From positions 5,524 to 69,523 of the IMG/VR virus record IMGVR_UViG_3300032249_001192: a stretch of DNA of 64,000 nucleotides. One strand, 5' to 3'. Under the pieces are notes generated by a model that saw only the letters and a program-made list of their open reading frames with translations, did not search any database and was not told the origin of the DNA. Position numbers and translations under genes: made by a program. Below, one piece after another: positions 56,772-64,000 of the stretch (its first letter is position 1; the number at the start of each line of letters is the position of its first letter). This DNA is from a virus.

Positions 56772-58909
56772 TTGTTGTGTACTGAATAAGAATAATATCC
56801 AGGATTTGCTGGGTCACAATCAACGGCAGAACTTGGTAGTGCTGCCCAGGTGTTGCTATTATCTAAAGAGTATTCAATATCACAACAACATAGTTCGTTT
56901 TTCTCTACTTGTAATTCTACTATAATACCACCATCAACTAATGAGCCGTCTATGAATCCATCACAAACAATTATTGCTGGACAGTATGATGGAGATGGTG
57001 TTATTGTGGGGGTTGGCGTTAGTGTAGGAGTAGGAGTTGGTGTTACACATATAGATTCTAAACAATATATTCCAGAGAATACTGTCCATGAACTAGAGAT
57101 CGGTGAAGGAGAAGTAGATATTGAATCGTTATATGCTGAAGAACAATCGGTAAAATCAATGGCTCTTATTCTGAAAGTTAATGGTCTACCAGCAGTATTT
57201 ATACAGGTTCCGTCTCCTCTTATAATATCGCTACTAGTTAAAGTATACGTATAAGAAGTAATGCTTGTATTAAAAATACAAATATTGTCTACTATGTTGC
57301 CAGGTAAGCCGCTACTACCGCGACTATCTAATGTTTGTATTTGATAACCGGTCATACATGCTTGGTTACGACCATTAGTACCCTTTAACCAATCTAATAT
57401 CACTGTTGCTTCTGAACCAGATATACCAACAGATGAGCATGAAGCAGATATATTATTGACTGTTGGCGCAGCAAGTGCACAATTGGGTGTTGGTGTAGGA
57501 GTTGGACTTTGACTAGGAGAAGGGGTACAACAATTACAGTTGCTTGTATTACCTTCAAATGTCCATATTGGAGGAATATTACACTGACATGCAGTAGATA
57601 TTCCAGTTATAGTTAATCCTCCAACACAAGAGATATTAGCATTTGCTGTCCATTTATTAGCACATGATCCAGCACCAGTATATGCTACACTAGGATCACA
57701 AGTAACAGACATAAAGTATGTGTCACCACAAGCCAATGTTCCGCTACTAGTCCAATAATTAGGCATGACCTTCGTAAATAATAAGTCTAAAGATATGGTT
57801 CTGGTCACATTACTACAATTTAATACAAATGTAGTCAAACCATTCCATTCACAGCAGGATTGTTTACTTGGTGAGGGGGTTAATGTTGGAGATGCTGTTA
57901 ATGATGGAGTAGGAGTTAGTGTTCTTGTAACTGTTTGAGTTGGTGTTCTTGTTGGAGTAGGAGTACAGCAAGTACAATTAGTAAAATCGCCAATGAAACT
58001 CCAAATAGGAGGAGCATTACATTGACATGCTTCTTTTATTCCGGTAATTATTAAACCAGTAACACAGGATATTGTCAATGAGGAAGTCCATTTATTAACG
58101 CAAGAGCTGAATCCTGTGTATCTAACAGTTGGATCGCAAGTGATAGTAGCACTAAACGTATCCCCACATAATAAAGTCCCACTAGCCTGCCATCTATTTG
58201 CTGCTGTTTTGGTATAAGTTACTGGAATAACTAAATTACCACAAGAAGCATCAAATTCTAAATATGTATTACCATCCCATTCACAACAGGTAACTGTAGA
58301 TGGACTTGGAGTATTTGTTGGAGTAGCAGTAATTGTGATAGAAGGAGTAATAGAAGGTGTTACTGTGGCAGTAGCAGATCTTGTAACAGTGATTGTTGGA
58401 GTTTGACTTACTGTGATACTTGGTGTTAGCGTAGGTGTTTGCGAAGGTGTTCTTGTTTGTGTATTAGTTTGAGTAATACTAGGAGTTAGTGTAGGGGTCG
58501 ATGTAGCCGTTTGACTATTAGTGGGGGTTGCAGTTGGTGTTCTTGTATTAGTGGGGGTGTTTGTTCTAGTTGTTGTTGTGCTTGGGGTTACAGTAGGTGT
58601 TACTGTTCTTGTTACTGTTCTAGTTGGTGTTCTTGTTGGAGTAACTGTTCTAGTAACAGTAGTGCTTGGAGTTATTGTCGGCGTAAGGGTTGGTGTGGGT
58701 GTTGGTGTTTTTTTAGGGGTTTTAGTTGGTGTTGGGGTTTTAGTGGGTGTCTTAGTAGGCGTTTGACTAAGAGAATTTCTATCTATAAAAGGACACCCAT
58801 CATCCGACCTTATCCTTGGGGGTTTTGGAGTTTCTGTTGGTGTTCTGGTTGGTGTTGGAGATGGCGGAAGTATTTTCCGCTCATTTTGTCCGTTCATTCT
58901 GTTTGTCAT
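56747..58909 (-). CDS. Mucin-like Thr/Pro-rich protein with two 12-Cys repeats and an FN3-like domain
   Basis: Several TPT tracts separated by duplicated CCEW...CGDT...CDP...CQC...CxCC domains; LTFRIRAID. Confidence 0.8.
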   Translation of the reverse strand: MTNRMNGQNERKILPPSPTPTRTPTETPKPPRIRSDDGCPFIDRNSLSQTPTKTPTKTPTPTKTPKKTPTPTPTLTPTITPSTTVTRTVTPTRTPTRTVTRTVTPTVTPSTTTTRTNTPTNTRTPTATPTNSQTATSTPTLTPSITQTNTQTRTPSQTPTLTPSITVSQTPTITVTRSATATVTPSITPSITITATPTNTPSPSTVTCCEWDGNTYLEFDASCGNLVIPVTYTKTAANRWQASGTLLCGDTFSATITCDPTVRYTGFSSCVNKWTSSLTISCVTGLIITGIKEACQCNAPPIWSFIGDFTNCTCCTPTPTRTPTQTVTRTLTPTPSLTASPTLTPSPSKQSCCEWNGLTTFVLNCSNVTRTISLDLLFTKVMPNYWTSSGTLACGDTYFMSVTCDPSVAYTGAGSCANKWTANANISCVGGLTITGISTACQCNIPPIWTFEGNTSNCNCCTPSPSQSPTPTPTPNCALAAPTVNNISASCSSVGISGSEATVILDWLKGTNGRNQACMTGYQIQTLDSRGSSGLPGNIVDNICIFNTSITSYTYTLTSSDIIRGDGTCINTAGRPLTFRIRAIDFTDCSSAYNDSISTSPSPISSSWTVFSGIYCLESICVTPTPTPTLTPTPTITPSPSYCPAIIVCDGFIDGSLVDGGIIVELQVEKNELCCCDIEYSLDNSNTWAALPSSAVDCDPANPGYYSYSVHNKCFGDIIP

Positions 58910-58912
58910 TTA

Positions 58913-59914
58913 TTACAATACTTTCGCAGCTATTAAGCATCCTTTTGATACTGAGTGCAAAGGATCGGCAGCGTGCTTAACTTCTTTAATAGATAAAGGA
59001 AAATTATTCTCTAATAGTTTTTTCTTAAAGTGTTCAATATAACCACCTGCTTGGGATGTGCCACCAGCTATTACTATTGTTAGAGGTTCTTTAAACTTAG
59101 GCAAAGACTTATGATCGGTAAGTGCTGCTGATAATTGCTTGGTAGTATAATCTATTAAACGATCATAATAAGAAGATATAGCAGCTAAAATAGGGCTATC
59201 ATTATGCTGACCAACATTAAAATTCCCACCCTCCTTCTCAGCCTGTACAACACTATCTGGTTCTCCCGTGGCTACTGCGCTCATTCTGTCAACCCAATCT
59301 CCAGACTTTGTTGTAGAAAATACAACAGTCGGCTCACCATTTAGCATGACGCAAACATTAGTCATACCCGCACCACAGCTGATAGCTATTCCAGTATAAT
59401 CGTTATCTGCTAACTCAGCATAACACAAGGCTTCTGCTTCGTTAATTGATTTAGCATCATAGCCACAACTATCCAAGATAGTTTTTACCACATCTTCATG
59501 ATATCCAACATCAAAATCTTCATCTTCTTGGTCTACTGGTTGAGCAGGGACGCAGAAAACAATCTTTTCAAGGGGCTCTGAAGATTGCCCGACTACTTCC
59601 TTTAAAATAAAAGCCAATACTCTTTTTGCATCCTTCTCTTTTGCTGAAACCACTCCTTTAAACATGGGTCTTTTAGCATTGTCATTTCTTTCAATAGCTT
59701 TTTCTATAGCGTCTTGTCCAAGAATAATAAAAGATCCGTCTGCATCTTTAATAAAAACTTTACCAGCTAGACCCTTCTCTATCATCTTCGTTGCTACAGG
59801 AGTAGCCGGTTTAATGATATAAAAAGCATCTCTAAAGTCTTTATATTGTACTTTATTTTCTTTGTCTTCTGATAATACAATATAACTTGTTCCTACATCC
59901 AAACCCTTTGCCAT
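58913..59914 (-). CDS. Actin-fold ATPase (MreB/FtsA/MamK-like)
   Basis: Phosphate-1 GLDVGTS, VFCVPA, connect-1 INEAEA, phosphate-2 ISCGAGMTN, adenosine IAGGTS, connect-2 DPLHSVSKG. Confidence 0.85.
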   Translation of the reverse strand: MAKGLDVGTSYIVLSEDKENKVQYKDFRDAFYIIKPATPVATKMIEKGLAGKVFIKDADGSFIILGQDAIEKAIERNDNAKRPMFKGVVSAKEKDAKRVLAFILKEVVGQSSEPLEKIVFCVPAQPVDQEDEDFDVGYHEDVVKTILDSCGYDAKSINEAEALCYAELADNDYTGIAISCGAGMTNVCVMLNGEPTVVFSTTKSGDWVDRMSAVATGEPDSVVQAEKEGGNFNVGQHNDSPILAAISSYYDRLIDYTTKQLSAALTDHKSLPKFKEPLTIVIAGGTSQAGGYIEHFKKKLLENNFPLSIKEVKHAADPLHSVSKGCLIAAKVL

Positions 59915-59917
59915 AAT

Positions 59918-60226
59918 TCACCTTTTTAAATTTTGAAGTTTATTAACAGATTCAGAAATATTATCATTTGATAATTTAGTATCGCCCAATTTGTTATATT
60001 TTTTTTCTATGCCGTCTGTACTTATATCAGTAACAAATTTCCTGTCATCTATAATAATCTTATTTTGACTTTTTTCACTATTATATTGTTTATTTGTTTT
60101 TGATACTAATTTATCAGTCATTACACATCCTCTATTCTTTAATTGTCCTATAATATAACCCATTCCAAAAGATACAAAATTAAATAGTATCAATATTATA
60201 CTTAACAACGATGCAGTGTCTATCAT
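59918..60226 (-). CDS. Single-pass membrane protein
   Basis: LLSIILILFNFVSFGMGYII anchor; first gene after the GGTGTA motif. Confidence 0.65.
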   Translation of the reverse strand: MIDTASLLSIILILFNFVSFGMGYIIGQLKNRGCVMTDKLVSKTNKQYNSEKSQNKIIIDDRKFVTDISTDGIEKKYNKLGDTKLSNDNISESVNKLQNLKR

Positions 60227-60249
60227 GTGGATAGCCTCCTTACCAGATT

Positions 60250-60255
60250 TACACC
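60250..60255 (-). promoter_or_regulatory. GGTGTA motif immediately after a terminator
   Basis: TATGGTGTAAAT between the terminator and the GGAGG RBS. Confidence 0.6.
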
Positions 60256-60262
60256 ATACAAT

Positions 60263-60293
60263 AAAAGAAAAAAGGAGCGATTGCTCGCTCCTT
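60263..60293 (-). terminator. Rho-independent terminator after ruvB
   Basis: AAGGAGCGA-GCAA-TCGCTCCTT (GNRA loop) followed by TTTTCTTTT. Confidence 0.9.
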
Positions 60294-60331
60294 AATTTTA
60301 AAAACAGGGTTGTAATCGGCCCGTAGTTTTA

Positions 60332-61222
60332 CTACATCGTACCCATGACTCTACCCTTTTGAGTACGAACAACATACCCCTTACGAACCAAAAACGGCTC
60401 AATACTATTTTCGATAGTGTCTAAAGCTATTCCTGTCATTGCTGATATAGACTTGAGACCCAAAGGATTGCCCTTATTTCGTCGCAAAGCATCAATATAA
60501 AGCCTATCATAGAGATCTAAACCCTTACTGTCTATACCCTGAGTAGAAAAAATTGTATCAATTGTACATGGTTCAGCATGGCATATCTTATAATTTTTGT
60601 ACCATAATAGTCTAGCATTAAGAATTCTTGGAGTACCCTTGCTTCTTTTTGCTATCTCAACCAAATCATCATCCGAAATCTCTAAATCTAGTTTAGCAGA
60701 GTTCAATCTTGCTACTTTAGCTAGATCATCGTCCGTATAGAAAGAAAGATGTTCTTTAATTGTGAATCTATCATAAAATGGCTGACTTAAGCTTCCTCCA
60801 CTTGTAGTCGCTCCGATCAGAGTAAACATCGGCAGATCAATAGTTTCTGGAGCATCGTCTGACGATATACTAAGTACGAAATCTTCCATAATAGGATAGA
60901 GAAACTCCTCTACCGCTTTGGGCAATCTGTGTATTTCATCAATAAATAACACAGACCTAGCAGATATTCCCATAATATATGGCAAAATATTCTTTATGCT
61001 ACGAACATTCGCCGCGTTAAGAGTATAAAGACTGACACTCATCTCGTTAGCTATGGCACTCGCTATGGTGGTCTTACCAAGCCCAGGAGGGCCATCTATT
61101 AAAACATGAGGCAGCACACTGCCAGACATTTTACAACCCGTTGCAGAGATGCGTAGACGCTCAATAACGTCTCCCTGTCCAATAATTTCATCGAAACTCT
61201 TCGGTCTTGTAACATTTGCCAT
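60332..61222 (-). CDS. ruvB: Holliday junction branch-migration helicase RuvB
   Basis: RPKSFDEIIGQ, GPPGLGKTT, LFIDEIHRL, IGATT, GTPRI, IEPFL...RTQKGR. Confidence 0.95.
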   Translation of the reverse strand: MANVTRPKSFDEIIGQGDVIERLRISATGCKMSGSVLPHVLIDGPPGLGKTTIASAIANEMSVSLYTLNAANVRSIKNILPYIMGISARSVLFIDEIHRLPKAVEEFLYPIMEDFVLSISSDDAPETIDLPMFTLIGATTSGGSLSQPFYDRFTIKEHLSFYTDDDLAKVARLNSAKLDLEISDDDLVEIAKRSKGTPRILNARLLWYKNYKICHAEPCTIDTIFSTQGIDSKGLDLYDRLYIDALRRNKGNPLGLKSISAMTGIALDTIENSIEPFLVRKGYVVRTQKGRVMGTM

Positions 61223-61225
61223 AAT

Positions 61226-61642
61226 TCAGATTCCTCCAAAAATTTTAAGTGCATCCTTCACTAACAATAAAGGATTGTCACACTTATTAGTACTATATAC
61301 CTTAGTTATTAAATCTACAGCTTCTTTGTTAGAAAAGCCATAGGTTGCCAAAATTTTATATGCTTTTTTAAGATACTCAGGCTCAACTTGTATCACTATT
61401 TCAGACAGCTTATCGTGTTCGGTTTTAGGTTTTTTATTCTTTTTGGAATATTGTGTTTTTATATTTGTAATCTGTCTTATTTTATAGACAATACCACAAT
61501 CACAAACAAGCTTAAAGCCTTTAACCTGAACTTGATTTAAAAATAGCCAATGTTCTGATTCACAGTCTGTATTTGTACATCTATATTTAAACTGAGCATC
61601 TAGACTAATCGGTTTCAGGCTTTTGACTTGATTTTGTATCAT
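61226..61642 (-). CDS. Zinc ribbon plus RuvA C-terminal (domain III)-like protein
   Basis: CTNTDC...CDC; AYKILATYGFSNKEA...LLVKDALK parallels RuvA ALVALGYKPQEA...LIREALR. Confidence 0.7.
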   Translation of the reverse strand: MIQNQVKSLKPISLDAQFKYRCTNTDCESEHWLFLNQVQVKGFKLVCDCGIVYKIRQITNIKTQYSKKNKKPKTEHDKLSEIVIQVEPEYLKKAYKILATYGFSNKEAVDLITKVYSTNKCDNPLLLVKDALKIFGGI

Positions 61643-62042
61643 CTTCTTCTTTCACCCAAAAGATAAAATCATTTTGATCACTATCGTACGCACTATCAAG
61701 AACCCCCTTATTAACCAAAGAGTTTAGTATATTGCTAATCATTCTATTATTCAGATCTTCTATGATAGACTGAAGAAGCTTGTCTGTTAAACAATATCTG
61801 ATTTCTTTTGTTTTCTTATTGATTTGTTTTTTTGCATGGTTTTTGATGATTATGGCGGATTCATCGTGAGTTAGTGTTTCGTTCATTTCTTCTGTCTCTT
61901 GTTTGCTCATCTCATAAAGAGAGGCAGTCATCGAATCATCCGCTACCTTATTTACTTCTCCAAAAAACTTGAACACTAAAGATCTAGAATGATCAACAAA
62001 GTCATCAAAGTCATTAATAAAAAACCATTGATCGTTATTCAT
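61605..62042 (-). CDS. Hypothetical phage protein
   Basis: 145 aa ORF; LNSLVNKGVL suggests a winged helix. Confidence 0.55.
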   Translation of the reverse strand: MNNDQWFFINDFDDFVDHSRSLVFKFFGEVNKVADDSMTASLYEMSKQETEEMNETLTHDESAIIIKNHAKKQINKKTKEIRYCLTDKLLQSIIEDLNNRMISNILNSLVNKGVLDSAYDSDQNDFIFWVKEEDDTKSSQKPETD

Positions 62043-62281
62043 GATATTAGGGTAGTGCCGTCCTTGTATTTGGGTATCTCAGTCCATTCCAGTTTAGCAG
62101 AGAAGTTGGGTTTGTAAATTGTTACAGTTCTGTGCGTTTTACTATCTTTTTCTATTACCGTTTCAGCTATGGCTCTGTCCTCATTAAGAATTTTAGCTAT
62201 AGCAGAATTAACCTCCAACATTGTATCAAACGTATCATTATATTGGGTTCTATTAAAAACTACCTGAAAATAAGTATTCAT
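62039..62281 (-). CDS. Hypothetical protein
   Basis: 80 aa ORF, tight spacing. Confidence 0.55.
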   Translation of the reverse strand: MNTYFQVVFNRTQYNDTFDTMLEVNSAIAKILNEDRAIAETVIEKDSKTHRTVTIYKPNFSAKLEWTEIPKYKDGTTLIS

Positions 62282-62282
62282 A

Positions 62283-62531
62283 TTATTCCCTTAATTCTGA
62301 TTGACAGTTGTTGTGTTTGTCCACAAAAGTTCTTTCAAACCCTAACTCTGCTAGTATGGGCATTTTATAAAATGTAATGGTGAATCTTACATTGTTGTTA
62401 TCGTCTGTCATTTTTGTCCATTCCACTCTTTGTGCTTTACTAATATGGGTAGCTAAATCATAAGCAATATATGGAGTTTCAGTAAATGAACTAAAAAACA
62501 TTGCTAAATACAAAAGGGCTGATGGTAACAT
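62283..62531 (-). CDS. Small protein with signal/anchor
   Basis: Hydrophobic N-terminus MLPSALLYLAMFFSS. Confidence 0.5.
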   Translation of the reverse strand: MLPSALLYLAMFFSSFTETPYIAYDLATHISKAQRVEWTKMTDDNNNVRFTITFYKMPILAELGFERTFVDKHNNCQSELRE

Positions 62532-62540
62532 CTGTATCTT

Positions 62541-62948
62541 TCAGTTTAAAATATCAAACATACCTTTATAGTAGTTTGGTTGTTGTAGAAAGTGAACCGC
62601 ATGTGCTCTTAAATGATTTTTATATTCACTGTGTATCTTGTCATGAATAAAGTATTGTGTTTTGTATATTGGTTCTTTGTAATGATTGTTCCCCAAATAC
62701 AGGGAGTTTTTAAAGTTCCCTGATTTGGAGAAGTAATCATTCACAGGTAACGAACCTTTCGGAAAGCTAGGGCCAATATACCATACGTTTGAAGGATATT
62801 CAACTATTTCATTTAGAGTATCATATAACATCTTTCCCCAAGCATCCCAAGCATCGGGATCAAACTTGAAGTATTTTTTATAATGACTCTCTAAATTGTC
62901 CTGACTATCATCGTCATCGTAGTTGTCATCTTCATAATCTTCGTGCAT
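62541..62948 (-). CDS. Hypothetical protein with acidic N-terminus
   Basis: 135 aa ORF. Confidence 0.55.
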   Translation of the reverse strand: MHEDYEDDNYDDDDSQDNLESHYKKYFKFDPDAWDAWGKMLYDTLNEIVEYPSNVWYIGPSFPKGSLPVNDYFSKSGNFKNSLYLGNNHYKEPIYKTQYFIHDKIHSEYKNHLRAHAVHFLQQPNYYKGMFDILN

Positions 62949-62953
62949 GGAAT

Positions 62954-63211
62954 TTACCTATAGCTGTATCTGTTTTGACAAGTTACATTCTTACGATTAC
63001 GTCCTCTACGACCCTTAAAGCCTAATCTTCTTATGATATTATTAATCGTTTGGCGACTAAGATAATACTTATTACCATAAAACTTGTTTTCTTCAAAATG
63101 ATAATAAAGACCTTTTGCTGATCCTAGCACGCTCATCAATTCAATAAACTTTTTCTTCGCTTCTTCATCAGATAACAAAAGTTGTAAAAGAGGATTAATA
63201 TGTCTACCCAT
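62954..63211 (-). CDS. Small basic HTH-like DNA-binding protein
   Basis: LSRQTINNIIRRLGFKGRRGR; AAGGAG RBS. Confidence 0.55.
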   Translation of the reverse strand: MGRHINPLLQLLLSDEEAKKKFIELMSVLGSAKGLYYHFEENKFYGNKYYLSRQTINNIIRRLGFKGRRGRNRKNVTCQNRYSYR

Positions 63212-63276
63212 TTGTTTTCTCCTTATGCGGTTGTGTCAAAGGGTACGGAACCCCCAATACCCCTGACACTGAACCC

Positions 63277-63999
63277 TCACCCGATACAAAATTTGTCACT
63301 GATTTTAGATGCCAGTTCTTTAGCAGAATTAGAAAGGAATCTGTTGTTGCTAAAGTAGAGGGGCGTTGAGACTTGATTAAGGAACTCCACAACCGTCTTT
63401 AAAAGCTTGGTCTGGGAACCGTCAAGATCTAAATCCTCGCCCCCAGCGTCAGCAGGAAGCGGCTCAAGAGAATCTGTATCGTCCTCAACCACAGGAGATA
63501 CTGGAGTAGGATCACCATAAGCCTTATTGAACAAAGCGCCGCTGCTAGTATAAACGTATTTAGAATTGTTATAATTCTTGATATCGTCTGTACTATTCGT
63601 ATAGGTGTTAAGGTTTAAAGAGCTCATCTGATTAGCAATAGTTGAGGCAACATTAACTGATACCGGAACACCAGTAATATCAGACTTCTTATAAGCCTTA
63701 GCATATTCCTTAAACCATTCGTCGCTAGTCTTATTTGCAACAACATTAACAACAGCAGACACTCCATCAAGAGCCTCTTTAAGCTGTTCAATATTAACCC
63801 AATTACCAGTTGATCCTGACAAAATACTGGTAAAGTAAGGTTGCTTTCCTTCCCAGCCCTTCCTCCACCAAGTATAAGGGATTCTATAAATCTGATTGAT
63901 TTTAATAGCTCGGGCATCACCACCAAAATGGTTTTCCAGTTTCTTTTGAATACCATTCCAATAAGTCTTGTGAGGATTTATATTGTTTTGGTTTAGAAT
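63277..63999 (-). CDS. RepB-type (AEP superfamily) primase-like protein, 5' end beyond the window
   Basis: Frame of ORF 63277..63822 stays open to the window end: ...YWNGIQKKLENHFGGDARAIKINQIYRIPYTWWRK matches the RepB primase GGD...R(I/L)P.T..K motif. Confidence 0.6.
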   Translation of the reverse strand: MLNQNNINPHKTYWNGIQKKLENHFGGDARAIKINQIYRIPYTWWRKGWEGKQPYFTSILSGSTGNWVNIEQLKEALDGVSAVVNVVANKTSDEWFKEYAKAYKKSDITGVPVSVNVASTIANQMSSLNLNTYTNSTDDIKNYNNSKYVYTSSGALFNKAYGDPTPVSPVVEDDTDSLEPLPADAGGEDLDLDGSQTKLLKTVVEFLNQVSTPLYFSNNRFLSNSAKELASKISDKFCIG

Positions 64000-64000
64000 C

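Noticed and set aside
2420-62377. Numerous short opposite-strand ORFs in the track
   Set aside because: They overlap well-supported genes on the other strand and have no recognisable motifs
63624-63956. 110 aa minus-strand ORF in the track, and 63204..63392
   Set aside because: Out-of-frame overlaps of the RepB-like primase frame, which stays open to the window end
1-64000. Stop-codon reassignment, tRNAs, DGR reverse transcriptase or template repeat
   Set aside because: Genes are full-length and tightly packed in the standard code; no cloverleaf, RT motifs or AAC-rich copy of the variable region was found by eye (a computational scan could still find something)

Overview
AT-rich (roughly one-third GC), gene-dense 64 kb segment of a large tailed dsDNA bacteriophage genome in the standard genetic code. 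Almost every gene is on the minus strand, except one inverted plus-strand cassette (45.4-51.7 kb). Contents from left to right: replication/recombination (primase, DnaB, RecA-like); nucleotide metabolism (PhoH, dUTPase, class II RNR, dCMP deaminase); a first glycosyltransferase island (11.6-22 kb); a membrane-protein/papain-protease module; small virion-type proteins; ClpP; a phage sigma factor; degenerate DeoC and bacterioferritin; GuaC; a second glyco island (33-41 kb); four Thr/Pro-rich mucin-like proteins surrounding a third glyco cassette; subtilisin and trypsin proteases; an actin-fold ATPase; RuvB with a mini-RuvA; and a RepB-like primase cut by the window end. Several protein styles suggest a Planctomycetota host (inference). 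Main observations: (1) an apparent phage-encoded mucin-type protein O-glycosylation system (GT60 initiator, GT31 core-1-like extender, Thr/Pro-rich substrates); (2) a circularly permuted FGE/C-type-lectin domain carrying a sharply GC-rich, DGR-variable-region-like patch; (3) a recurring intergenic GGTGTA motif that may be the target of the phage sigma factor; (4) an operon joining a membrane protein, an actin-like ATPase, mucin-stalked adhesins and proteases. No tRNA, rRNA, CRISPR array, reverse transcriptase or integrase was seen. All family assignments come from motif recognition by eye, not database searches.
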